Below, piece by piece: positions 1-8,906 of a stretch of DNA of 52,579 nucleotides (positions are counted from its first letter, which is position 1; the number at the start of each line of letters is the position of its first letter). Both the position numbers and the translations under genes were made by a program. The stretch is from a virus (lineage: Duplodnaviria; Heunggongvirae; Uroviricota; Caudoviricetes). The stretch is taken from the IMG/VR virus record IMGVR_UViG_2684622554_000006, one strand, 5' to 3'. The notes under the pieces were generated by a model. The model was not told the DNA's origin and searched no databases. It saw nothing but the letters and a program-made list of their open reading frames with translations.

Positions 1-1008
1 CTAATCGATGGACAGTTTATGGACACTTTCAGCCAGCGGATTAAAGTTGATCGCGTCCAGTAAAAAGTCCGGCGAAAAATGAGCGTACGTCATTGTTTGC
101 TGAATCGTTGCGTGCCCCAGGATTCGTTGCAACGTAACAATATTTCCGCCATTCATCATAAAGTGTGTGGCAAATGTATGACGCATGACATGCGTAGCCT
201 GCCCCTTCGGCAAATCCGGTTTCACCTCCTGAAGAATCTCCCGGAACTTCAGATAATCAACCTGATACAATAACCCCGTTCGACGGGTTTTAATCAGAGG
301 CACGACCGAATCCGCCACAGGAACCGAACGGGATTTTCCGTTTTTGGTGTTAAAGAACGTCACCCGGTTGCCAACGATATGCTCTCCACGTAGTTCCGAT
401 GCTTCACTCCATCGGGCACCAGTAGAAAGACACAGAATGGCAACACGACGCGCATCACCCTCCAGTCGCTCAAGAAGCCGTTCAATCTCATCATCAGAAA
501 GAAAGGCCATCTCTGTGTTCTGAACTTTCAGTTTTCGTATACCGCGTACAGGGTTCGCGTTGTGAAAGACCTCAGCTTCAATCAGCACCGTGAACATGGT
601 AGACAGTACGCATAAGTCACGATTAATACTGGACGGCATTAATCCGGCCTGTAATTTCTCTGACCGATATTCAAGCATAAATTTTCGCGTCATCTGACTG
701 GCGCGAGGATCTCCCATTTCACGAACAACCTTCCCTAGCCTAACCCTGTAGCTATCCCCGTAAGCCTGATTACGCCCATCAAGCATCCACCACGCATCAA
801 GCAGCTCTGATAATCGCCGCTGATCAGCTGGCTTAGCCTGCCATGGCTTGTCATGAAAGTTCTGTAACACATACTTCTCAAACTCCTGAGCCTTTGATTT
901 CAGGGCAAAGATTTTTCGAATCCGCTTTCCTTCCGCCCCCTGCGGTCTGACATCGACCTGATAACGTCCGTCTTTGAGTTGCTTAATCGACATGATTAGC
1001 CCCTCCAA
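1..1008 (-). CDS. int: P2-family tyrosine integrase (site-specific recombinase)
   Basis: 335-aa ORF with stop at window position 1-3; C-terminal catalytic region with H..R..H..Y arrangement (HTFATHF...LGHATIQQTMTYAHF); sits next to a divergent repressor/cox pair as in P2/186 prophages. The first ATG may be a few codons inside the ORF. Confidence 0.9.
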   Translation of the reverse strand: MEGLIMSIKQLKDGRYQVDVRPQGAEGKRIRKIFALKSKAQEFEKYVLQNFHDKPWQAKPADQRRLSELLDAWWMLDGRNQAYGDSYRVRLGKVVREMGDPRASQMTRKFMLEYRSEKLQAGLMPSSINRDLCVLSTMFTVLIEAEVFHNANPVRGIRKLKVQNTEMAFLSDDEIERLLERLEGDARRVAILCLSTGARWSEASELRGEHIVGNRVTFFNTKNGKSRSVPVADSVVPLIKTRRTGLLYQVDYLKFREILQEVKPDLPKGQATHVMRHTFATHFMMNGGNIVTLQRILGHATIQQTMTYAHFSPDFLLDAINFNPLAESVHKLSID

Positions 1009-1062
1009 CGGATAAATTAACTAAACACTCCTTGCGATATGTAATTCGCTCAATGTGTAGAG

Positions 1063-1404
1063 TCAGCCAACATTGCGGCCTGATCGGGGTGATTTTTGGG
1101 TAATACCGATTGAAACCTGATCGCCCTCCGACTGAATAGATCCATCAAGAGAGAGAGCCGGAGCAATCTGCCCGGCGACAGGTAGCGTCTTATCTTTTAT
1201 TAGCCACAGCATGTATTTTTCAAAGCGATCGACTTGCAGAACCGCCTCAACGATTTTTGCTCTAGCGTTCTTTTGCCCCGATTCGTAATTCCTTATGGTT
1301 GCCAAAGACAACCCAGTAATATCCGCAAACTGCTTTTGTGTTAACCCTTCCGCCTTACGTATCTGACGTAACTTTTTTGCGTAGTCTATTGACAAGATAA
1401 CCAT
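1063..1404 (-). CDS. C/CI-type immunity repressor, HTH_XRE family
   Basis: HTH segment LRQIRKAEGLTQKQFADITGLSLATIRNYESGQ; ATG at 1402-1404 gives 113 aa; the track ORF extends to a TTG at 1458. Divergent from the cox-like gene. Confidence 0.7.
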   Translation of the reverse strand: MVILSIDYAKKLRQIRKAEGLTQKQFADITGLSLATIRNYESGQKNARAKIVEAVLQVDRFEKYMLWLIKDKTLPVAGQIAPALSLDGSIQSEGDQVSIGITQKSPRSGRNVG

Positions 1405-1508
1405 TTGAGTATTAACCTCTCGCACAAAGATAACCTTTTGGTTATCTTTACAAGCCAAAACAAACCATCACAAGGCGCGACAAGCGCACCAACGCAAGAG
1501 GATAACAA
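1405..1508. promoter_or_regulatory. Divergent promoter/operator region of the lysis-lysogeny switch (Pc/Pe equivalent)
   Basis: 104-bp gap between the divergently oriented repressor and cox-like genes; strong RBS (AAGAGGA) ahead of the 1509 ATG. Promoter hexamers were not mapped. Confidence 0.5.
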
Positions 1509-2030
1509 ATGCGGGACTTCATTGCCGATAAAGAGTTATCTGACCACCAACCACTTCAGGAAAGTGACGCACTCAGCGGATCCATTGATGCCGCCAACGA
1601 CGACGAGCACGAAGAAAACAAGAAAAAGCGTTCCTACAAAAAAGGAGCGACTTTGCGGCTGGATGGTCCGATCGCCGGGCTTTGCTCTCTGGAAAAAGGC
1701 GCGGCATATATTGGGCTAACAAAATCTGCACTGCGCGTAGCCATTCATCGCGGTCAAATGCCGGGACACAAGACGCGCACAAACCCGGAAGATGAAAACT
1801 CAGACGGAGTATGGTGGTTTAACGCCAAAGAGTGGGACAAGTTGGCTGATGAGCTACCAGAGCACGAGCCCCCAGAATGGCACAACTGGAAAAGTTACTG
1901 GACGTATGACCGCCAGAAAAGGAAGTTCTCTCCAGCTAATAAAGAAGACTGCCAGACCATTAACGGTAAGCGAGTTTATACAGGCAGAAGCTCAAAACTG
2001 GACCAACTCAGAAACAACAGAGGCAACTAA
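1509..2030 (+). CDS. Putative Cox/Apl-like excision and switch regulator (HTH), unusually long at 173 aa
   Basis: First rightward gene opposite the repressor; acidic N-terminus followed by an HTH-like segment (AAYIGLTKSALRVAIHRGQMPG). Assignment is by position and HTH only. Confidence 0.4.
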   Translation: MRDFIADKELSDHQPLQESDALSGSIDAANDDEHEENKKKRSYKKGATLRLDGPIAGLCSLEKGAAYIGLTKSALRVAIHRGQMPGHKTRTNPEDENSDGVWWFNAKEWDKLADELPEHEPPEWHNWKSYWTYDRQKRKFSPANKEDCQTINGKRVYTGRSSKLDQLRNNRGN

Positions 2031-2034
2031 TCGT

Positions 2035-2457
2035 ATGAAAACAAACACGTCAGATTTCACAATAACTATTTCAAAAAATGACCAAGCATTAATTGATAAC
2101 CTGAAATACCTTGCGGAAAAACATAATAACGGACGAATTGCAATTAATTTACGACACATCACAGGAGTAACAATTGTAACCAGTTACTGGCATCTATATC
2201 TAATCGCTAAATCAGTACTTGAAAACAAAGATTCTGTTGTCAATGGAAGAGATATAGATACTCTTCCTGCACAAATCAAACCGATAGCCTATCAATTGCG
2301 TAATCGTTTTAAAAATGAAGGTGGGATTATATTTGACTTTCCCGCAGCTGTAGCCGTGAGCTTCTCTCGGGGGGATATACTTCACTCATTTCGTTTTGCT
2401 CTATCAGGTGACGAGACATTATGGCAGCTAGAAGATGCCGGGAGCAGCCCGGCATAA
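2035..2457 (+). CDS. Hypothetical protein (140 aa), AT-rich moron
   Basis: ATG at 2035 in frame with track ORF 1792-2457, starting 5 nt after the cox-like stop with a GAGG RBS; local composition visibly more AT-rich than neighbours; no recognisable motifs. Confidence 0.45.
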   Translation: MKTNTSDFTITISKNDQALIDNLKYLAEKHNNGRIAINLRHITGVTIVTSYWHLYLIAKSVLENKDSVVNGRDIDTLPAQIKPIAYQLRNRFKNEGGIIFDFPAAVAVSFSRGDILHSFRFALSGDETLWQLEDAGSSPA

Positions 2458-2463
2458 ATCAAA

Positions 2464-2655
2464 TTAAAAATCAACCAGTTGTGTGACAGGTGGGTATTTA
2501 CGCTGAATTTTGTCAGTTACTAACGCCAGTAATATATGAATCTCTGTGTTTAATGCGTCTTTATCACCCGTCGTTTTTACCCTGGGAGGGTTAATGTTAT
2601 CCAGAGCAGCACTAAGTTCACTCAACAAATTAACAACTTTTTTATCTTCTGACAT
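2464..2655 (-). CDS. Small hypothetical protein (63 aa), convergent with the 2035-2457 gene
   Basis: ORF with a good AAGAGG RBS 7 nt upstream of its ATG; AT-rich; no recognisable motifs. Confidence 0.35.
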   Translation of the reverse strand: MSEDKKVVNLLSELSAALDNINPPRVKTTGDKDALNTEIHILLALVTDKIQRKYPPVTQLVDF

Positions 2656-2792
2656 GAAAACCTCTTAACAATTTAATTAAACATAAGCCAGGACCTGAAC
2701 CGGCCAGTCCAAGTCCTAGACACACAAAAAAAATACCACAAATCAATACAAGGTGACACGAGTACACCTTACCGAAGGTACAGAGTTTTAAT

Positions 2793-3143
2793 ATGAAACT
2801 ACAGCGCAATTCTTCACAGCAGCGCTTCCGCAACGGTGCGGAACGCCATGCTAACCGTTTCGCTACCAGTGCATCACGTAGCAACTCTCGCTACAGCCTG
2901 AGCGAAACACACGCAACGCCGGATGGCTACCCAGTAAAACAAATTGGTGAACACACTTGGCTGATTGAAAAAGCAGGAATCGTGGTTCACAGATGCCAGC
3001 GCAACCCATTTACCGGAAACCGCATTTTTGCACTGAGCAACGGCGACAATCAGTTCGGGCAGGATTTCACATTATACGAAGCACTTCGCACGGTTGATCG
3101 TCTGCTTCACGGGCAAAGTTTTATTAAACAGGCTGATTTATAA
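2793..3143 (+). CDS. Hypothetical early-operon protein (116 aa)
   Basis: ORF co-directional with the early operon; no motif recognised. Confidence 0.5.
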   Translation: MKLQRNSSQQRFRNGAERHANRFATSASRSNSRYSLSETHATPDGYPVKQIGEHTWLIEKAGIVVHRCQRNPFTGNRIFALSNGDNQFGQDFTLYEALRTVDRLLHGQSFIKQADL

Positions 3144-3153
3144 CAGGTGCTTT

Positions 3154-3432
3154 ATGACCAAAGAGCATGCACAAGGTGTATTTATCCGTTTTATTGATTT
3201 TCGCGGTGAACTGTTATTACGCGCATCAGCCATTGACGGAGTTGTTCCATCCGAAAAAAATGCAGCTACTTACGTTTATCTGAACGGCACGCGCCTGACC
3301 GTAGAACTTCCGTACCAGACTGTACACGAAATCATTAGCGAAGCGGAAAAAGCACGTAAGACTAATGGCGATGAACCCTATATCGAAATTATTTGTATGG
3401 ATTCAGAAGCAGAAATTCAGAAAGCAGATTAA
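3154..3432 (+). CDS. Hypothetical early-operon protein (92 aa)
   Basis: ATG at 3154 within track ORF 3094-3432; tightly packed with neighbours. Confidence 0.5.
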   Translation: MTKEHAQGVFIRFIDFRGELLLRASAIDGVVPSEKNAATYVYLNGTRLTVELPYQTVHEIISEAEKARKTNGDEPYIEIICMDSEAEIQKAD

Positions 3433-3443
3433 AGGGCGTTGCG

Positions 3444-3686
3444 ATGGGCAAAGAATATAAAACTCTCATTAACAAAGCACTTGAGCGTTTTTATTTTCGC
3501 TTAAGTGCATCAGGCGCTCATGCTGAACGTGCAGCCCGTGACTCATTGACCAGGGCAATCCGGAGTCTGTATGACGTGGCTTTTTACGCTGATGATCTGG
3601 ATGCACTTAACGAACTTTCCGAGCTGATCTGTGCCGCAGAATGCGGGGAACATATTGAACCGTATAAGCTGGGGAATATCGCATGA
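3444..3686 (+). CDS. Hypothetical early-operon protein (80 aa)
   Basis: ATG at 3444 within track ORF 3393-3686. Confidence 0.5.
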   Translation: MGKEYKTLINKALERFYFRLSASGAHAERAARDSLTRAIRSLYDVAFYADDLDALNELSELICAAECGEHIEPYKLGNIA

Positions 3687-3796
3687 GTATATTTATGTCA
3701 TGGATTGTTCTGATTATTTCAGTGGTCTGCGCAATTGGCATTGTGCGAATTATTCATTCAGTAAAAAAGATTGAACGTTTTTTCACTGGTGAATAA
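3683..3796 (+). CDS. Small hydrophobic peptide (37 aa, MSIFMSWIVLIISVVCAIGIVRIIHSVKKIERFFTGE), candidate membrane micro-protein
   Basis: ATG overlaps the upstream stop (ATGA at 3683-3686), suggesting translational coupling; a single predicted TM helix. Below the ORF-track length cutoff; found by reading the sequence. Confidence 0.3.
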   Translation: MSIFMSWIVLIISVVCAIGIVRIIHSVKKIERFFTGE

Positions 3797-3889
3797 CGAT
3801 ACAAATAAAACATCAAATTAAATAAGAAAACGTGAAAACCATCCGTATTAACGGAGGTATTCGCACACGCAAATAACGGAGATACAAAA

Positions 3890-4300
3890 ATGCACGCAAA
3901 AGAAGAAGGTATCATCAGAGCACTGAAAGAAATTTCAAAGACAGAAAACGAAGTAGCGAAAAAAGCCATAGCAAATAATCATATGGACGTCGCAACCCAC
4001 ACACTGATAGTCGCAAGAGTCACGGCAGAAGCAGCCGAAATTATCGCAAAACAGGATGCTGAACTGGCGGTTCTCAGAACACAACCAGTCACCGGACTGG
4101 ATTTGTCTAACACCGGACGCCTTATTTACACAATTGGCTCGGAGCTACAGCGATACACCATTATCGCCGGGTTACAGGATAAATACCTGATCACTCCTCA
4201 CCCCATAAGGGAATCAGAAATTCTGACAAATCTCCGCCTGATAGAGCGCTCTCAAGTCGCATTCATTGATGACGCACAGTGCACCGTATTTAACGCATAG
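3890..4300 (+). CDS. Hypothetical protein (136 aa)
   Basis: ORF preceded by a 93-bp AT-rich spacer (possible internal promoter). Confidence 0.5.
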   Translation: MHAKEEGIIRALKEISKTENEVAKKAIANNHMDVATHTLIVARVTAEAAEIIAKQDAELAVLRTQPVTGLDLSNTGRLIYTIGSELQRYTIIAGLQDKYLITPHPIRESEILTNLRLIERSQVAFIDDAQCTVFNA

Positions 4301-4323
4301 AGTTACTGGACAAAGGGGGCGCA

Positions 4324-4527
4324 ATGGCAATTAAGCATTTTCCCGTCGTTCGCTTTACCTCCAGAGGGCGCGAATACGAGGTCGACGAACGCCTGATTAC
4401 CACTATCGACAAACATCGTTCGGAAAAGGATGCACACCACATCTACCTCACTGACGGCACTTACTTCTGCGCCACTAATGTGGCGCGGGTAAACCTTATC
4501 CGACAGGTACAGGAGCCACGCAGATGA
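4324..4527 (+). CDS. Hypothetical protein (67 aa)
   Basis: ORF; stop overlaps the next start (ATGA at 4524). Confidence 0.45.
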   Translation: MAIKHFPVVRFTSRGREYEVDERLITTIDKHRSEKDAHHIYLTDGTYFCATNVARVNLIRQVQEPRR

Positions 4528-4790
4528 CCATTCTGGACTACATCGCTACTCATCCGGGGTGTAGCGGCGGAGAGATCGCCGCAGCACTGAATACTCCAAC
4601 CACAGCCATTAATGCTGAGTTACGCCAACTTTGGCGCGGCGGCTTAGTCATCAGAACAAACCGCAGCACAGGTGGTCGCGCTCGCAAAACTGGAGGCCAG
4701 GCTTCTTACCACGTAAACCCGATGCCGTTCGGGTGTAGCAATCCACTTACTCACATGTTTAACCAGCTACTGAAGGAAGCCAGAACATGA
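4524..4790 (+). CDS. Hypothetical protein (88 aa), possible winged-helix DNA-binding protein
   Basis: ORF translationally coupled to flanking genes; sequence pattern (ILDYIATHPGCSGGEIAAALN...AINAELRQLWRGGLV) resembles a winged-helix fold. This is inference. Confidence 0.45.
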   Translation: MTILDYIATHPGCSGGEIAAALNTPTTAINAELRQLWRGGLVIRTNRSTGGRARKTGGQASYHVNPMPFGCSNPLTHMFNQLLKEART

Positions 4791-5086
4791 GCACCATCAA
4801 CCACCAGAAGCTACGCGAACTGGCATTTGCCCTGCAACGAATGGCAACACCTCAAAAATTACTGGCATTTCGCGCAATGCTCTCGCCGTCTGCTGCGCTG
4901 GCATTGCTGGATGAGCTGGAGCACGCCAGAACCACGGCTCCTGCCATTCGCCTGACGCTCCATCATGAAATCGCTGATTTCTGCGCGACATTGGAGGTGC
5001 CAGGCGAACCGGAAACGCCGGAAGCAATACAGCAAGAGCTGCTGCAACGTATTGACAAGGTTTTTGATTTTTTTCTGAACCAGTAA
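4787..5086 (+). CDS. Hypothetical protein (99 aa)
   Basis: ORF overlapping the upstream stop (ATGA). Confidence 0.5.
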   Translation: MSTINHQKLRELAFALQRMATPQKLLAFRAMLSPSAALALLDELEHARTTAPAIRLTLHHEIADFCATLEVPGEPETPEAIQQELLQRIDKVFDFFLNQ

Positions 5087-5408
5087 GAAACCAGAGCATG
5101 CACACACAAAAAAACCGCTTGCCATGCCGCAATCAGTCAGGTTACATTTCCGCTGCACCTCATAAAACGGGTGCCGGGTTTCGCAGCCTGCTGACTACAC
5201 AAGCGCACAACCGCGCCAGCGGTTTTTTTGTGCGTACTGTATTGCCACGTTTTTTTCGCGTCAGAATTATGGCGGGGCGTACGGGGCCGACTTCGGTCGG
5301 GCCGGGTTCTTGTGTAGCCGGTACTGCGAACCTCGTACGTCTCGCCACCCACAGTTTCGCAGCTCTGGATGGTGAGTTTTCACAACTTACTACACAAGGG
5401 GCCACACC

Positions 5409-5639
5409 ATGGCAAACCGCAAACAGCACCGCGCTATCGCGGAGCGTCGTCACATCCAGACTGAAATCAACCGCAGACTTTCCCGCGCATCACGCGTCGC
5501 GCAAATCATGCACATCAATATGCTGCATGAGCGCAGCCACGCACTATCAAACATTTATTCCGCCTCTGTTTTCAGCTATCTGGCGGATGATCTGCACGAG
5601 CTTCAACAGCTCATCCAGCAGCAAAACAAACTCCATTAA
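5409..5639 (+). CDS. Hypothetical protein (76 aa)
   Basis: ORF following a 320-bp structured non-coding stretch; start uncertain. Confidence 0.35.
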   Translation: MANRKQHRAIAERRHIQTEINRRLSRASRVAQIMHINMLHERSHALSNIYSASVFSYLADDLHELQQLIQQQNKLH

Positions 5640-5711
5640 TTCCTGTTCCGGGCCTTTCCTGCACCTTGCGGCGGGAGGCCTTCGCACATCTGTAACAAGA
5701 GGATTGCCGCA

Positions 5712-6077
5712 ATGATTCTCGCCAACGACTTTCTTGAATACCTGCTCAATACAGAACGTGATCTTGCCGCTCGCGTGCGTGATCGTTATGACATGTACCT
5801 GAAATCCCTGCCTGTACCGCAGCTCGCTGACGGAAAGATTGTTATTGATGGTCGCTACATGATTGACAGCCACGAGGGAAATTACAGGCTTTACCGCATT
5901 GAAGGTGGCACCCCGTCCGTTATTGGCATTTACCAGCGCCCATCCTCTGCAATCGTCGATGTGATTGCCGACAGCATCCGCATCACACATCGCCATGCCG
6001 ACACAGAAGACACCGTGCTGGAAATTCAGCGGCTGGCTACAGTCTGCCGCGACACCCTGAATGGCATGACGAAGTAA
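5712..6077 (+). CDS. Hypothetical protein (121 aa) immediately upstream of replication gene A
   Basis: ORF ending 6 nt before the A start. Confidence 0.5.
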   Translation: MILANDFLEYLLNTERDLAARVRDRYDMYLKSLPVPQLADGKIVIDGRYMIDSHEGNYRLYRIEGGTPSVIGIYQRPSSAIVDVIADSIRITHRHADTEDTVLEIQRLATVCRDTLNGMTK

Positions 6078-6083
6078 ATCACT

Positions 6084-8906
6084 ATGACGGCAGAGTACCT
6101 CAGGGACTGGCAACAACCGCGCCACGCAGTGGGGCGTGAAGGAACGGGGATCCCCGCTCCTGAATCCGCGCTTTCCTCCTGGCTGGATGCCTACCGGGCA
6201 GAGAACGAGCGCCGCCAGGAAATGGCTGATGCGGCGTTCTCAGCCACGCCGCTGGGCAACCTGATTAATAAAAGCCTGGACGCACAGGAAAAACAGGACA
6301 AAACCATCACACTGGCAGGAGACGCCAGAAAACAGGCACGTGGCGCGGTGGATGAAGCCATGGCCTCGCTGCGCCTGCTGCCGTCCTATCTGCGCGATCC
6401 GCTTATTCGCCACCTCTCCTTCCTGCGCAAAAAACAGGAAGCCGATCGCCGGAAAGGCAAAAAGAGCTGGCAGGCGGAACGCTATGCACGCGGAACCCTG
6501 CGCAAAATATTCGAACGTCTGGATAGCACTGACGGACGCTGGCTGACACCGGGTTATCGCTCCCTTGCCGGACGCGAACGCCTGGACGATTTGCTTTACC
6601 TGCCGCAGCTCAACAAACACCAGATACAGACGCTGGCCACCATGACGGCGGCGATGTTCAGCAGCACCTTCGAAAAACTCTGCGATGGCTTTGGCGCGAC
6701 CGATGGCGAGCTGACCATGGATGTAACCCTGAAGGCGTATCAGATGCTGGCCCGCATGGCGTTACACCTGCACGCCATGCCTCCACATTATGACGCACTG
6801 ACAACAGACAAAGACCGGAGGAACGAACCGGACACGGAGCTGCTGCCGGGCGCAATCCTTCGCCTGACCTGTGCGGAATGGTGGAAACGCAAACTGTGGC
6901 TGTTACGTTGCGAGTGGAGAGAAGAACAACTCCGCGCCGCCTGTCTGGTTTCCAGAAAAACATCACCCTATCTGAGCCAGGACGCGTTAAGCGAGTTTCG
7001 CGCACAGCGCGAGAAAACACGCGATTTCCTGAAAAGTTTCATGCTGGAAAATGAAGACGGGTTCACGATTGATCTCGAGACAGTGTATTACGCGGGAGTA
7101 AGTAACCCGGTTCACCGTAAGGCAGAAATGATGGCCACCATGAAGGGACTGGAACTTCTGGCCGAAGCCCGTGGCGACAAAGCGGTGTTTCTGACTGTCA
7201 CCTGCCCGTCAAAATACCACGCCACAACGGAGAACGGTCATCCGAATCCCAAATGGAACGGGGCCACAATGCGCGACTCCAGCGATTACCTGGTTAACAC
7301 GTTTTTTGCGGCGGTCCGCAAAAAACTGAACCGCGACGGCCTGCGCTGGTATGGCATCCGCACGGTGGAGCCTCATCATGACGGCACCGTGCACTGGCAT
7401 ATGATGGTCTTTGCACATCCGGAAGAAATCGACACCATTGTGTCCCATACCCGCGATATTGCCATTCAGGAAGACCGCCACGAGCTGGGCAATGATATTA
7501 CTCCGCGCTTTAAGGTGGAGTATGTCGACGGCTCAAAAGGCACGCCAACCAGCTACATCGCCACCTACATCGGAAAGAACCTGGACAGCCGCGCCGTGGA
7601 TGGCATCGACCCGAAAACGGGCAAGCCACGCGTGGACCACGAAACCGGAAAATCAATGGCCGAGAGCGTGGAGCGCGCCATCGGCTGGGCGCGCCTTCAC
7701 CGGGTCCGTCAGTTCCAGTTCTTTGGCATCCCCTCCCGTCAGGTGTGGCGTGAACTGCGCCGCCTTGCCAGCCAGATGGCACGCAATCCGGAAGGCCCGC
7801 AACGGCTGAAAGATGATGCAATGGATGCGGTACTCGCTGCCGCCGATGCCGGGTGTTTTGCCACCTACATTGAAAAACAGGGTGGCGTGCTTGTTCCACG
7901 CAAGGACTACCTGATTCGCACCGCCTACGACCTCGCAGATGAGCTGAACGATTACGGCGAACAGAGCGTACAGATTTACGGGATCTGGTCACCACTCATC
8001 GGGGAATCCTCCCGTGTGTGCACGCATCCGGATAACTGGAAGCTGGTAAGACGTAAACCGGAAGCGGAAGACAGCGCCCGCGAAAATGGTTTTGACCTTC
8101 AGGGCGGCCCTGCCGCCCCTTGGACTCGTGGCAATAACTGTCCCCGTGTACAGGAAACGGACAACAACGGGACAGAACAGCCGGAAGAACGGCCAGCACC
8201 GTGGCCGCAGCTCCCTGACGGCGTTGAAGTGAACGAATGGATGCGCTCACTGAAACGACACGAACGCCGGGCGCTGATGCGTTCGCTTCGTGACAAACAG
8301 GCAAAAAACAGCAGCGATGAAATGCAGAGCTGGACACAGAGCCGCAAACAGCAGCGGCCTTTGCCTGATAACCACGAATTACTCGCTAAAGAATGGCGGG
8401 AGTCTGCTGAATCTCTCGGCCTGCATATCGGTGAACAACAGATGCAGCACCTGTTACGGGGCGGCAGTCTGTACGTTGACGGCAGCATCATTGCACCGCA
8501 GGGATTTGAAATTGTACGCAAACCGGATACCCGCCCGGACAGCCGAATCACGCAGCTCTGGCAGCGCCTGAGCCGTAATCATGGCGTAAGCAGCACGGAG
8601 ATCCGCCATAACCCGGTCGCCAGCTATCTGGCACAGCTGGGGGCATCAGACCCTGAAGCCGCCGCACGCCTGGCATCCACACTTCAGCAGGGCCAGAACA
8701 CCATGAAAACACCCGTTACCGTGCTTTCTGACATGCTGCGCGCCATCCGCGACGCAGAGCACGCACAGAGAATCAGTGAAACCACTGAACGCGCCAGCCG
8801 CAAAGCAGACCTGCTGCGGGGTGGCCTGACCAGTGGAAACAAAAAACAGACAGAAACGGGACTTACGAATCCCGTAAATGAGCAAAAAACGCGCAGCGAT
8901 ATATGA
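6084..8906 (+). CDS. A: Replication initiation protein A (HUH rolling-circle endonuclease)
   Basis: 940-aa ORF with HUH motif (TVHWHMMVFAHPEE) and tyrosine/lysine active-site segment (YIATYIGKNL) typical of P2 gpA-family initiators; RBS and ATG at 6084. Confidence 0.9.
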   Translation: MTAEYLRDWQQPRHAVGREGTGIPAPESALSSWLDAYRAENERRQEMADAAFSATPLGNLINKSLDAQEKQDKTITLAGDARKQARGAVDEAMASLRLLPSYLRDPLIRHLSFLRKKQEADRRKGKKSWQAERYARGTLRKIFERLDSTDGRWLTPGYRSLAGRERLDDLLYLPQLNKHQIQTLATMTAAMFSSTFEKLCDGFGATDGELTMDVTLKAYQMLARMALHLHAMPPHYDALTTDKDRRNEPDTELLPGAILRLTCAEWWKRKLWLLRCEWREEQLRAACLVSRKTSPYLSQDALSEFRAQREKTRDFLKSFMLENEDGFTIDLETVYYAGVSNPVHRKAEMMATMKGLELLAEARGDKAVFLTVTCPSKYHATTENGHPNPKWNGATMRDSSDYLVNTFFAAVRKKLNRDGLRWYGIRTVEPHHDGTVHWHMMVFAHPEEIDTIVSHTRDIAIQEDRHELGNDITPRFKVEYVDGSKGTPTSYIATYIGKNLDSRAVDGIDPKTGKPRVDHETGKSMAESVERAIGWARLHRVRQFQFFGIPSRQVWRELRRLASQMARNPEGPQRLKDDAMDAVLAAADAGCFATYIEKQGGVLVPRKDYLIRTAYDLADELNDYGEQSVQIYGIWSPLIGESSRVCTHPDNWKLVRRKPEAEDSARENGFDLQGGPAAPWTRGNNCPRVQETDNNGTEQPEERPAPWPQLPDGVEVNEWMRSLKRHERRALMRSLRDKQAKNSSDEMQSWTQSRKQQRPLPDNHELLAKEWRESAESLGLHIGEQQMQHLLRGGSLYVDGSIIAPQGFEIVRKPDTRPDSRITQLWQRLSRNHGVSSTEIRHNPVASYLAQLGASDPEAAARLASTLQQGQNTMKTPVTVLSDMLRAIRDAEHAQRISETTERASRKADLLRGGLTSGNKKQTETGLTNPVNEQKTRSDI

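Noticed and set aside
1792-2457. 221-aa track ORF overlapping the cox-like gene
   Set aside because: The 5' 240 nt overlap the cox-like gene in another frame; the credible gene is the in-frame ATG at 2035, which has its own RBS and matches the AT-rich segment boundary.
5098-5715. 205-aa track ORF spanning the non-coding gap in the early region
   Set aside because: Begins at a non-ATG start, has low-complexity Ser/Thr/Arg-rich composition, and overlaps the better-supported 5409-5639 ORF and the structured region; treated as non-coding, with the caveat that a frameshift error could hide a real gene.
6240-8551. Several 90-160-aa ORFs antisense to replication gene A (for example 6240-6620, 6658-7020, 7510-7995, 8099-8551)
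   Set aside because: All fall inside the well-supported A gene on the opposite strand or in other frames, with Arg/Cys/Ser-rich composition typical of spurious frames in GC-rich DNA.
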